Source of the DNA: Escherichia phage naam | Length of the DNA stretch: 64,000 nucleotides | Sequence record: MN850630.1 | Reading direction: 5' to 3' (one strand) | Shown here: in pieces, positions 26,136-35,447 of the stretch | How positions within the stretch are numbered: the first letter of the stretch is position 1 | Layout: every line of letters starts with the position of its first letter | Notes under the pieces: model-generated | What the model saw: only the letters and a program-made list of their open reading frames with translations | Told to the model about the DNA's origin: nothing | The model's database searches: none | Program-made: the position numbers and the translations under genes

Positions 26136-28580
26136 GCTCTTCCCCCTACCATAAACGGCCCTACCTGGCAAGTGGAATAATTGACGAGCCATCAATCCTA
26201 CACACTGTACAAACATACATGTAAAATAGCTATTGCATAACCTTTCATTGTGTGGTAGCGGTGCTATTTTTTACCAGTTTTCCTTCCAAAATTGCACGTA
26301 ATGCCGCTATTGCACAAATTTTAACCTGATGCACATCTCCAATATCTTGTCAACAACTAAAAATCTTTATAAGTCATACACTTACACAGCATCGAAAGCG
26401 TGTTCTACGCGAAAAATCGAGTATAACTATAGCCGCCAGATCTCAGAATTCACGTACGCACGCCATTCTATAGCCTGCAAAGTATTTATTCCAACCACAG
26501 AATAACGGAATAGTCAATACCTGCATAAAATAATTATTAGTGTAAACTGCATAACATAAATCAGCTCAGGTGTCAACATTTTTCGTAAACAGTCCGAAAT
26601 TATCACGATGAGTTATCATAAACAGAGAAATCTTTAGTCGTCTAATGTTTACTGTACATTACTATACTGACTGGAATCATTAGATGACTAAGAGAAAGAT
26701 AAGAAATAATTAATAATGTAATTGTTTTACCTGTAACAATAAGGCAACTATGCAAACGAATGGCATGGCGCGACGGAGTCGCGACATAATATAAAAGCAG
26801 TAACCATCACCCCCGTGATAGTTTGTCTGCAATCTATTAATCAGATCATAGTTGCCTTGTATTCAGTTAATCATGACATGATAAGCAAGGCAACTATAGA
26901 TCTTCTAATAGTTGCCCTGCTTTTATATTATGTCATAGAAACACCCGAAGGGGTGACCAAAGGTCACCTGGCATAGCCAGTGAAAGATTATTAACTTGCT
27001 AATAGTTATCATGCAAACGAATGGCATGGCTGATTATCGGTGTGTAAACAGTCAATCATGTAAATGGTTAGCATGTGAACAATCAGAAATGTAAACAATC
27101 CAGTGTGTAAACTAATAGGTGTGTAAAAGTGTCATGTTGTGTCAGTTAGGTCACATTATGTCAGACAAGTTTTTCTCCTCTTTGTCAAGTGCTGCATGAA
27201 AAATTTACAAGCTTGTATGGTAGCATTTTTGCGGCCCTGTTTACATTCAGTGTTGTATGTATAATCCTTGTTGTGTGGGCGTTTAGACGTCTGGACGGTC
27301 AGAAGTCTGCAGGTTAATATCTAATCTATCGGCTGCTAACTATATCCCACACAAATAGTAAGAAATATAATTGTTATGTGCGTAAACAGTAACCCATGTT
27401 ATCAATCCCTGTATGTATCGCCAGTGGTGCGCATAATGGGTATTATGTTAAATTGCCCGTAATGATAACAGTTCTCACAATGATAGGTATTCTCATTCAC
27501 CCCCACAAGATAGGTTGCAAATGTTGTGCCACTGTGTGAACGGCCTGGCCTATTAATTTGCCTCACTGCCTTGATATTTGAGAATTATTATAAGAATGAG
27601 AAGTATTCCCATTTCGTCCGCCTGGCAGCACTCCTGTAGGTCAGGTCAAAATCGTGGTAGAACTAGACCTATCCGGATATTTCTGGCTGACTCTTCAGGT
27701 CTGTGTGGGAAAAGCCAACCTCTCCGGCGGGGCAGGGGGAGGTCAATTAAAAAATTTACGTGGTGTATGAAGCGCTCTTCAGGTAAGGCAGGTATTATGG
27801 GATGAAACCCGCTTCAGGCAATGATATTTGTGGGTGTGATATTTGCTGGAAGGCCAGATATGACGGGACTCCCGGCGGGGCAGGGGTAGTACAGACAGGG
27901 AAAATATGGGGATGTAGTTGGGGAAATTGATCAGACAGGTAGAGTATGGAATATGTTACAGGTATGTTAAATATGGAGGTTGAATATCTGTAGGATTTGT
28001 GTGTAAAATCAAAGACTTAAGGGGTGTTGTGGTATTTTCTATAAATAATTCAAGTTTAATAGGCAATATTTGTCTCTATCCGCTTTGTGTGGTAAACAGA
28101 TTCAGATGAGATTGGTTTACAAGTGTATACATAATATACAAATTAAAGATACAAGAAACCCCCCTCCCCCTTCGGCTACCATTCACCTTTTCCTCTGACT
28201 GGTACTTAAACACTTATTCAGACTCTTCAGGTTATCACCCATATATCATATGGCAGTGACTGGTGTCCTCCGGCCCCTCTTTCGTCACCCGTCCGCTTCG
28301 CCATGCTAATGCCATAGCTAATGGTTCGGTTGTTCACCCTGTTCACTCAGGTGTATCTCTATACCCCTTCAAACCGAAGAGAACAGAAAACCCGAATTAC
28401 TCGGTAAAAGAAAAGAGAAGAACTTAATTTTATCAGGATAGGCAAGAATGTCAAGGCATGACTGCTCACTAAACAAGCAAACAGTCATGTGTGGGAGGTA
28501 AGTGATTGTGGTGGTAGGAAATTTAGTTGAAAGATGTGTTATAGGTGCTTCCAGCACTTTAGCCGGGCAGCTAATTGTGT
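26136..28580. other. repeat-dense non-coding region between convergent gene blocks
   Basis: No convincing ORF; direct and inverted repeats, GTGTAAAC-like motif cluster, GC-rich direct repeats. Confidence 0.6.
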
Positions 28581-28581
28581 G

Positions 28582-28797
28582 TCAGTCCAGCGGTTCATCC
28601 TCTACTTCACTGAAATCAATGTTCATGGTCTCTTCCCAACCATCGATCTCAGCACAAGAGTGGAGTTCTTTAGGGTTTACTCCCAAAGCCTCAGCAACAG
28701 AGTCTATATTTAACACCTCTGGCAGGTATGATTCATCGAATTCAAGGTAAATCAGGCCACGAGTGTTGTCAGCTCCACCAAATATCTCTATCTTCAT
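28582..28797 (-). CDS. small acidic protein
   Basis: 71 aa, GAGGAG RBS. Confidence 0.5.
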   Translation of the reverse strand: MKIEIFGGADNTRGLIYLEFDESYLPEVLNIDSVAEALGVNPKELHSCAEIDGWEETMNIDFSEVEDEPLD

Positions 28798-28918
28798 AAA
28801 ATCTCCTCTGGGAATGAGAGTGTGAACAGGGTTTTATACGTTCCAATACGCTGGAATTATGCACGTTTGCCTCTTCAGGCCATGCTTTAGCATGAGGAAC
28901 CTGTGTGGGCTCGGTGCT

Positions 28919-29131
28919 TCATAGTCTACCACCTCTGAACTCTTCGTGCTCAGGCATAATAGAGAACCAGATATCTACGATGTCCTCCCACGTCAGGTCA
29001 TCAGCCTCAGGATCTGTCTGGGACGAAGATGAAGAGTCCTCAGAATCTAAGTTTTCCTCTTTAACTGGCTCATCCAAGGGACATATGGTCACTCCTTTGG
29101 ATGTCTCTTCAGATGCATGTGTGTTGATCAT
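28919..29131 (-). CDS. small acidic Ser-rich protein
   Basis: 70 aa, AGGTGGG RBS. Confidence 0.5.
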   Translation of the reverse strand: MINTHASEETSKGVTICPLDEPVKEENLDSEDSSSSSQTDPEADDLTWEDIVDIWFSIMPEHEEFRGGRL

Positions 29132-29229
29132 GTCCCACCTGTGAGTATTCCGGCAACAGCCGCTATGGACGTAATGATCATCAGGATCACCACTAAAACT
29201 TCGGACAATGTTCTCATTGTGTATTCCAT
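29128..29229 (-). CDS. small membrane peptide (33 aa)
   Basis: Hydrophobic; stop overlaps next ATG (ATGA); weak RBS. Confidence 0.35.
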   Translation of the reverse strand: MEYTMRTLSEVLVVILMIITSIAAVAGILTGGT

Positions 29230-29249
29230 ATTCTACAAACTATGTGTGG

Positions 29250-29278
29250 ATACTATCACGAGAGCGGTAATGTGTCAA
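29250..29278 (-). promoter_or_regulatory. sigma70-type promoter (TTGACA-17-TAGTAT)
   Basis: Hexamers on minus strand with 17-nt spacer. Confidence 0.5.
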
Positions 29279-29440
29279 CAGAAACGCCGCGAGGGTTTGG
29301 TTAAAATCCGAGCGTATGGTGATTTGGGTCAAAACGGACGTGCGTTCTCGCTACGCTCGAAAGAGAGATTTGTTTGTAGGAAGCTCTTAAACGCTCTGTA
29401 ATGAGATTATCTGTCCAAGGTATGCAATCGTGCACCAGAT

Positions 29441-29466
29441 AAAGAAAAGGACGCCACAGAGCGTCC
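29441..29466 (-). terminator. rho-independent terminator
   Basis: GGACGC-tctgtg-GCGTCC + TTTTCTTT on minus strand. Confidence 0.55.
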
Positions 29467-29491
29467 TAGGTGTCTTAAATTTGATATTTTG

Positions 29492-29803
29492 CTATACCCA
29501 TGAGGGCTTATCAAGGTTGGAGTAGCTGAAAGGTGTCAAAAGGTGACTGTCAAAATCTCTCAAACTATCTAAATCTTTTTCCTCGTCCTGACACCATCTG
29601 TGCCTACATTTATTGTTGTAGTGCATAGAATGCATAGCGTTCTGCAATTTAACAGGCACAAGTGATTCAGGAGTAGATAGTATTGTTGGGTATGCCAGAA
29701 CCACCTCAAACAGTGGAAACACATCGAAACTAAAGTCTACCTCTGCAGAGGTTGATGGCATGTAAGAGTATTTAGCCGCCTTTGTAGACATAATCCACCT
29801 CAC
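29492..29803 (-). CDS. hypothetical protein
   Basis: 103 aa ORF, start overlaps upstream stop. Confidence 0.5.
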   Translation of the reverse strand: MRWIMSTKAAKYSYMPSTSAEVDFSFDVFPLFEVVLAYPTILSTPESLVPVKLQNAMHSMHYNNKCRHRWCQDEEKDLDSLRDFDSHLLTPFSYSNLDKPSWV

Positions 29804-30126
29804 ACAGGTTTGATAATACCTTTACCGAATAACTCTTCGTATCTAATCTTATCCGGATCCCACTCCTGGATAATTTCGAAGACAATATCCAACCCTGGGA
29901 TAATCACTTCTCCAGTGTCGAGCTTAGCAAGAACAAAACCGGAAGGTTGAATGGTTTCCCAGTTGCGCCGATTGGAATAGAAGACCTCGAAAATATCGCC
30001 GACCTTTATCTGTTGATCAAGATGTTCAAGATTCTCTTTCATATAGACGCAGCGGATTTTTCGTGCAGGCCATAGACCACCTGCATCACGTTCATTTAGC
30101 TCTTTTACAGTAATCGGTATACCCAT
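29800..30126 (-). CDS. hypothetical protein
   Basis: 108 aa, GAAGGAGA RBS. Confidence 0.55.
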   Translation of the reverse strand: MGIPITVKELNERDAGGLWPARKIRCVYMKENLEHLDQQIKVGDIFEVFYSNRRNWETIQPSGFVLAKLDTGEVIIPGLDIVFEIIQEWDPDKIRYEELFGKGIIKPV

Positions 30127-30147
30127 CTCAAATCTCCTTCATAGATA

Positions 30148-30176
30148 GTAAAAAGAGGGGCCCAAGCCCCCCTCTT
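30148..30176 (-). terminator. rho-independent terminator
   Basis: AGAGGGGGC-ttgg-GCCCCTCT + TTTT on minus strand. Confidence 0.6.
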
Positions 30177-30181
30177 TGTCA

Positions 30182-30487
30182 TTATTCTACAGAGCGTTTG
30201 AACAGAATGTCTGCCTCAGACATGTGCTCAACCTCTTCTTCGATTTTAGCGCGACGTTTTTCAGCCTCATAGCGGATATCGAACTCGGTAGCCACCAGAG
30301 ATTTGATGAATTTAGGAGAATACAGGTGATCCTGCTTCTCAACGAGAATGATATCCTTAATGGCATCTTTCAGATCTTTAATCTGAAGTTGGAGTTCCAC
30401 CAGTTCTTCGATTGTTTTGCGAAGGCGATCACGCTCTGCAGTGTCAGAAGGAAGAGAGGTGAACAGTTCAACTTTAGATTTAGCCAT
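30182..30487 (-). CDS. hypothetical coiled-coil protein
   Basis: 101 aa, AAGGAGA RBS. Confidence 0.55.
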   Translation of the reverse strand: MAKSKVELFTSLPSDTAERDRLRKTIEELVELQLQIKDLKDAIKDIILVEKQDHLYSPKFIKSLVATEFDIRYEAEKRRAKIEEEVEHMSEADILFKRSVE

Positions 30488-30515
30488 AGTAAGAGTCTCC
30501 TTATGTTGTTTTAAA

Positions 30516-30767
30516 TTAGCGTTCTACAAAAATACCGTTCAGTTCAATAACCAGGAATTTCTGGTCTTCACTATCGTCTCGTGCCAGCACCTCACAGACG
30601 TATCGGTCATCCCCATCATCATCGCAGTCAAATACAAGACTGAGGACTTTATCATTATAAACCTTCGCCACTACCGCCTCGTAAGTATTGCCGATTGTGA
30701 ATCCAAGATAATCTCCGATGCATTTGACAACAACATGGTCGCCAGCATTCAAGTCAATCTTCGTCAT
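30516..30767 (-). CDS. small acidic protein
   Basis: ATG at 30767 after AAGGAGCG; D/E-rich. Confidence 0.5.
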   Translation of the reverse strand: MTKIDLNAGDHVVVKCIGDYLGFTIGNTYEAVVAKVYNDKVLSLVFDCDDDGDDRYVCEVLARDDSEDQKFLVIELNGIFVER

Positions 30768-30894
30768 TACTGCGCTCCTTGGGTAATAATACTGTATGTA
30801 AAACTTTAACCAGAGATGTGAATAACGCCCCAAAACACACCGATAGCGCTAAAACAGACAAGGCCATCATCAAAGCTTCAGTAAAATCAGTCAT
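30754..30894 (-). CDS. small membrane peptide (46 aa)
   Basis: GAGGTGAGGA RBS; hydrophobic helix; overlaps next start by 14 nt. Confidence 0.35.
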   Translation of the reverse strand: MTDFTEALMMALSVLALSVCFGALFTSLVKVLHTVLLPKERSNDED

Positions 30895-30913
30895 TCCTCA
30901 CCTCTTGTTAGTC

Positions 30914-30942
30914 ACTATACTATCATTTATCCTTGCCGTCAA
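30914..30942 (-). promoter_or_regulatory. sigma70-type promoter (TTGACG-17-TATAGT)
   Basis: Hexamers on minus strand. Confidence 0.5.
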
Positions 30943-31186
30943 GAACTTTTTTAAATCTTTCAGGGATATCCCCCGTTCTTAGATAGTTCATGACCTCACA
31001 AGGTTCCCACTTGAATTTCTTACAGAGCAGGGCGGCTGAGATTGTTTCATTGCGAAAAGAAAGGATATTAATATCCCACTCTGAGAACCCCAACTTCCGA
31101 AGGGTAGCTACAGAAATCCTCACCGCAACCCAGCAGCAAAAACATGCAACAAACGCCACTGCTACAACCCACATCAGGATGTTCAT
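30923..31186 (-). CDS. putative membrane-anchored protein
   Basis: 87 aa, N-terminal hydrophobic helix, AAGGTG RBS. Confidence 0.5.
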   Translation of the reverse strand: MNILMWVVAVAFVACFCCWVAVRISVATLRKLGFSEWDINILSFRNETISAALLCKKFKWEPCEVMNYLRTGDIPERFKKVLDGKDK

Positions 31187-31275
31187 ATAAGCACCTTACT
31201 GAAATACAAGACACAGTGTTAAGGTTACTGACCAGCAAATAATTAGCAGGACCATTGCAACCTTGGCAAGATTTA

Positions 31276-31563
31276 TCATAGTGCCTCTAAGATTTCATAT
31301 CCTTCAGGTCGAAATACAAGCCACTCCGTGGCTCCGTTTGGTCGATACGCTTTATACAGAACAACCTGATCTCGGCACATGCACATGGCTACATAGTTTT
31401 CATCCACACCTGCAGCCTGCATTGCATCTTCTTCTCCGGCAACTGCTTTGCTTACAACTTCCTTGGTAGGCAGGTGTGCGATCAGCTCGTCACCATCATT
31501 AATTCCAAAATGACTGAGTTCTCCATTGGTATCTTTAATCTTAATCTTAACCAGATCTTTCAT
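31276..31563 (-). CDS. small acidic protein
   Basis: 95 aa; in tightly packed array with stop-start overlaps. Confidence 0.5.
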   Translation of the reverse strand: MKDLVKIKIKDTNGELSHFGINDGDELIAHLPTKEVVSKAVAGEEDAMQAAGVDENYVAMCMCRDQVVLYKAYRPNGATEWLVFRPEGYEILEAL

Positions 31564-31892
31564 TAGTCTTTCTCCAGGTTCAAAGGTCCTAAGATTTCAT
31601 ATGCCAGATTAGAAGTTACCAGAGGGTCTTCTGCATCTTTAGTATTGTACCACCCGTGAATAACCAGAGTCCCACTTTGTTTCATATCCAACTGGAACTG
31701 TTCTGCAGTTTCCTCATCCATCTCTAAGATCTCCATGAGGTATTTGATGTTAGGAAGGTATGCAGCTGTTACAGTTCCCTCTACCAAACCTTCGGGCCAA
31801 CCTACATCCGGATGACAAGTAGGAACCAGATTAGTCAGCTTAATAGTGTACGCTTTTTCTGCACGAGCCTTCAGTAACGGGTCAATCTTCAT
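31563..31892 (-). CDS. small acidic protein
   Basis: 109 aa. Confidence 0.5.
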   Translation of the reverse strand: MKIDPLLKARAEKAYTIKLTNLVPTCHPDVGWPEGLVEGTVTAAYLPNIKYLMEILEMDEETAEQFQLDMKQSGTLVIHGWYNTKDAEDPLVTSNLAYEILGPLNLEKD

Positions 31893-32242
31893 TATTCGTC
31901 CTCCTCTTCGGTGCCTGCTTCCAGTAATAAGTTAAGAATATCTTCTGCACAAGGTTCATAGAACTCTTGGCCTTCATTATCGATGATTTTGTAGTCATCT
32001 CCACGAATAATCAGGGGATCACTCTCAAAATTATCGAGACCTTTAACAACGACAACACGATCGATTGCCATCATTGTAAGAACTTTATCGACATCTTCCT
32101 CTGCTACACCATACTGCAGCAGAATGTCTTTGGTAGGAGGAACAGCATCCACCACAACGCCGTTACCAAAACCTTCTGGGAGTTTAGCTAAAATATCTTC
32201 CGGAACCACATTCACATCAAAACCGGTAATTTCTACTTTCAT
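31892..32242 (-). CDS. small highly acidic protein (paralog family C)
   Basis: 116 aa, very D/E-rich; similar to 32243..32503 and 33667..33936. Confidence 0.55.
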   Translation of the reverse strand: MKVEITGFDVNVVPEDILAKLPEGFGNGVVVDAVPPTKDILLQYGVAEEDVDKVLTMMAIDRVVVVKGLDNFESDPLIIRGDDYKIIDNEGQEFYEPCAEDILNLLLEAGTEEEDE

Positions 32243-32503
32243 TTACAGCACCTCTTCGTCAACTACTTCATAAAAATGGCCTGGGATTGCAATAGCGTTC
32301 TCACCTTCACCTACAAACACAGTTCCGTCAAGAATCAACATCATAAGAATTTCTGTAATATCCTCTTCCGGAACGTTGCCAAAACCTTTAATCAGCTCGT
32401 AGGTTGGAATATTTACCTCTAAGATGTCACCATCTTTAGAACGGAAATCAACACCGTCCTGAATCTCTGCCGTTTCAAGGTTTTTCAATTTAATCTTCAT
32501 CAA
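32243..32503 (-). CDS. small acidic protein (paralog family C)
   Basis: 86 aa. Confidence 0.55.
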   Translation of the reverse strand: MMKIKLKNLETAEIQDGVDFRSKDGDILEVNIPTYELIKGFGNVPEEDITEILMMLILDGTVFVGEGENAIAIPGHFYEVVDEEVL

Positions 32504-32579
32504 TCGGTCTCCTGTCTTGTTAAGATGAAGGTATTATTTCACACAGGGTTGGCGTTGTCAACACCTGTGTGCAAGAAAA

Positions 32580-32975
32580 TTACTGAAACAGTGCGGATAA
32601 ATTACCTTCTGGTGGGAACTTATCTGCCAAAAACGGTGTTAGCACAGTAGCCTTCTGAAGATCTGGGGTCCACTCGTTGTTCAGAACATCCCAGTAGTAC
32701 GCAATGTTGCTGTGTGGGTGCCGCATTACGAACTTTTTTCCTTCGTAGTCATCTGAAACCTCTACAGAAGAAATAACAACAGAATCTTCAAGGGTTTCTT
32801 CATAGAAAGATCCGCCTTCAAATTTCCAACGAGATGCAAGAGCCCCTGCCTTGAACGCTGCAGATAACGGACTGTCGGCAAGAACATACATTTCTTGCAC
32901 TCTGTCGCTGCGATCTTTGCTTCTTACGTTGTATACAGTATCTGAGCTATACTCAACACGGTATAGGCTTACCAT
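32580..32975 (-). CDS. hypothetical protein (paralog family B)
   Basis: 131 aa; shares HP..YW..W-TP motif region with 34782..35180. Confidence 0.55.
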   Translation of the reverse strand: MVSLYRVEYSSDTVYNVRSKDRSDRVQEMYVLADSPLSAAFKAGALASRWKFEGGSFYEETLEDSVVISSVEVSDDYEGKKFVMRHPHSNIAYYWDVLNNEWTPDLQKATVLTPFLADKFPPEGNLSALFQ

Positions 32976-33307
32976 TACCGCACCTCCTCAATAACTTCCA
33001 CATCTGAACCTACCACAAATGCAAAAGGACAGGTTTCATGAAAGACATCCGGATCGCCGCCAAGCTTGCTAACAATCTCTCCACCACTAATAAACACAAG
33101 CTCACCGATATTCATCAGATTGCTGAAATAGTACCCATAATGATTAAAGAATGCAGCAGGGTCAGGTAGACTAGTAGCCTCAAGCACTACATCAGTTGAG
33201 GTTACTTTCTTATCATAACCTCTCGCCTTTTGAGATGCAAGATCTGCAGAATCCTCAGGCGACCGGAGATGCACAGGAATTGTTTCACCAATAAAGCGTA
33301 CTTTCAT
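32975..33307 (-). CDS. small acidic protein (family A-like)
   Basis: ATG at 33307 (MKVRFIGE...), track start 33334 is TTG. Confidence 0.5.
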   Translation of the reverse strand: MKVRFIGETIPVHLRSPEDSADLASQKARGYDKKVTSTDVVLEATSLPDPAAFFNHYGYYFSNLMNIGELVFISGGEIVSKLGGDPDVFHETCPFAFVVGSDVEVIEEVR

Positions 33308-33311
33308 ATTA

Positions 33312-33575
33312 TCACCCAACAACCATAGCTTCAAAAGGGGTCATGAACGAATAAACGGCATCATCATCTGCTTCAGGGAATGCTCCCAAAGACTTCATGT
33401 CTGAGCCCTTGACAAATACAAGGTTTTGATCAAAAGCTTCTTGAGGATCAATCCGATACATATTTCGTAGAATATCGCCTACCTCCTCATCAAGAGGTGA
33501 GTATGCTGTGCACGTTTTTCCGATCAAGCTTTGAGAATCAGGGTATCCACCTGAAGTTTTAAAATAAACAATCAT
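33312..33575 (-). CDS. small acidic protein (family A-like)
   Basis: 87 aa. Confidence 0.5.
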   Translation of the reverse strand: MIVYFKTSGGYPDSQSLIGKTCTAYSPLDEEVGDILRNMYRIDPQEAFDQNLVFVKGSDMKSLGAFPEADDDAVYSFMTPFEAMVVG

Positions 33576-33666
33576 ATAGTATCACCTCTGGTAAGAGATT
33601 GGGATTCCTTTCCCACAAATAATTACAAACCTTCCTTATCGAGGAAGTATGCTAATCCAAGCAGGA

Positions 33667-33936
33667 TTATTCCTCTACAATCTCATACACATCCGGAGTT
33701 ACAATCAACTCTTCTCCGTTACCCGGTGCAACAAACACCACCATGCCTTCAGGTGTGTGCTTTTTAGCCATCTCGATAACATCTTCTCGCAGAGCTGGCT
33801 CCATCAGATCAAAACCTTCACCCAGGGCATCACGAACCACCTTCATATAGTCAACTGGTTGTGCTTCGACAATCATACCTTCAACCAGTTCACAGTTTTT
33901 GTCTGCCAGCTCAGTTTTGAATAATTTAATTTTCAT
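33667..33936 (-). CDS. small acidic protein (paralog family C)
   Basis: 89 aa. Confidence 0.55.
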   Translation of the reverse strand: MKIKLFKTELADKNCELVEGMIVEAQPVDYMKVVRDALGEGFDLMEPALREDVIEMAKKHTPEGMVVFVAPGNGEELIVTPDVYEIVEE

Positions 33937-33962
33937 TTAGAGGTCTCCTCAATTATTTGATA

Positions 33963-34064
33963 TTAATAGCCGTAACCTAACACATTAACTACAACTGCGA
34001 TTGCAAACATAATTTCAAAGCATGCAATCTCTACATTTGGGACTAATTTCTTGATCACACCCAT
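33963..34064 (-). CDS. small membrane peptide (33 aa)
   Basis: GAGGTG RBS; hydrophobic. Confidence 0.35.
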   Translation of the reverse strand: MGVIKKLVPNVEIACFEIMFAIAVVVNVLGYGY

Positions 34065-34073
34065 TGTAGCACC

Positions 34074-34391
34074 TCATTCTCTAAAGTCAATCTTTACTTT
34101 GCCTTTCCCCTTACCTTTCTTTCCACCGCATTTAGCCAGTTGACGTGCTGCAACATCTACCATACGGTCAGTTGCCTCGTAAGCATCACTGCCTTTAGCT
34201 TTGGCAATAACTTCTTTTCCAGAATTGTCAAAAATGAACGCCATAACTTCCTGGTGATCATTTTCAACTTTTACACTCACACGTGCATAGTTGGCAGAGG
34301 GATGCAAACGCTCCAGCTTAGACATTTTGTGGGAAATGAAAGACACCATACCTTCAGTGATTTCTACGTTGCCAGTGATTTCAATTTGCAT
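34074..34391 (-). CDS. hpf: ribosome hibernation promoting factor / RaiA-like protein
   Basis: N-terminus MQIEITGNVEITEG matches HPF/YfiA MQLNITG..VEIT; KLER and ARQLAK motifs; 105 aa with Lys-rich tail. Confidence 0.75.
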   Translation of the reverse strand: MQIEITGNVEITEGMVSFISHKMSKLERLHPSANYARVSVKVENDHQEVMAFIFDNSGKEVIAKAKGSDAYEATDRMVDVAARQLAKCGGKKGKGKGKVKIDFRE

Positions 34392-34473
34392 AACGTGTTC
34401 CTTTTAAAGAAGAGGGAACCAAACCCTCTTTGAAAACAATGATACTAAATCTGAAGCGTTGTGTCAACAGTTT

Positions 34474-34764
34474 TTACAGATTGTTGTCGATAGTTTTTAA
34501 AATATCCACAGCAAGATCTGCCATTTTTCGAACATACTCTGCAAACTCAACAGGATCCTTGATCAAAGAATTCACAGGGTCGTACCCTAGAGCGTTCAAA
34601 ATGGCTGCAGCATCTACAACCTTCTCATCATTTGCGAAGATCTCTCCATCAAACTTGTAGGTCCATTTTGAGTCAATCTTGGCAGGGAATGATTGGTCAA
34701 CGCTTGTTACACCATCCTTTTTAAACGCTCCGGTGTTATCAGTGTCTAGAACTAAATCCATCAT
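34474..34764 (-). CDS. small acidic protein
   Basis: 96 aa. Confidence 0.5.
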   Translation of the reverse strand: MMDLVLDTDNTGAFKKDGVTSVDQSFPAKIDSKWTYKFDGEIFANDEKVVDAAAILNALGYDPVNSLIKDPVEFAEYVRKMADLAVDILKTIDNNL

Positions 34765-34781
34765 GTTAGTACCTCACCGTT

Positions 34782-35180
34782 TCAGTTTAGCTTTTCTTCA
34801 ACAACCCCATAGCTCGGGACAGAGTCAAGAGCTTTCTGGTTTAAAAGTGGTGTAGCAGAATCTGCAAACGGTGTCCAAGTTTTTGTTCTGGCATTCCAGT
34901 AATGCTTCACTCTGGAATCTGGATGCACTATAACAAAAACTTTTTCACTTGTCAACACATTAATTTCTTCTACACCCTTGCTGATAATTTCTCCGTCATA
35001 GCCACCAGTCTGGTATCCTTCGTACCAGGTTCTTGCATATGCATAGCCAGCCTGCCAGCATGCAGCCTCCTCCGAGGTGGAGACTACGTAGAAGTCTTTC
35101 TCAAATTCTGGGATACGCCCTTGCTTTACGCTCCAAGCTCCGCGAATTTTCATTGTAACTTTGAACAGTTTATTTTTCAC
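34782..35180 (-). CDS. hypothetical protein (paralog family B)
   Basis: 132 aa, paralog of 32580..32975. Confidence 0.55.
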   Translation of the reverse strand: MKNKLFKVTMKIRGAWSVKQGRIPEFEKDFYVVSTSEEAACWQAGYAYARTWYEGYQTGGYDGEIISKGVEEINVLTSEKVFVIVHPDSRVKHYWNARTKTWTPFADSATPLLNQKALDSVPSYGVVEEKLN

Positions 35181-35192
35181 AACGGTTACCCA

Positions 35193-35447
35193 TCACAGCT
35201 CTACAATCTCTGCATCTGACCCTGCCCCAAAGGCATAATAGGATTCTTCCCCGAAATAATATTCCGGTGCACCAGCAGCGATCAGGTCTGATCCCAAGAT
35301 AAACACCACGTTGTGGCCTACATAACTGTGATGTTGCCGCACAGGATCATCCCACGGCAACCCTTCAAAGTATACCGCAGGAACGACCTTTCCCTTCAGG
35401 AAGGATTGTCCCAAGTAGACGTTAGAATCAAGAATTTTAACCTTCAT
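35193..35447 (-). CDS. small acidic protein (paralog family A)
   Basis: MKVKILDSNVYLGQ...GKV N-terminus shared with 35437..35664 and 39075..39308. Confidence 0.55.
   Translation of the reverse strand: MKVKILDSNVYLGQSFLKGKVVPAVYFEGLPWDDPVRQHHSYVGHNVVFILGSDLIAAGAPEYYFGEESYYAFGAGSDAEIVEL

Noticed and set aside
26700-27140. Possible CRISPR array
   Set aside because: Repeats are irregularly spaced, occur in both orientations and are of different kinds; no array-like repeat-spacer periodicity and no cas genes.
27578-27805. Arg-rich 75-aa ORF in the convergence region
   Set aside because: No RBS, composition driven by GC-rich repeats, isolated in a non-coding region.
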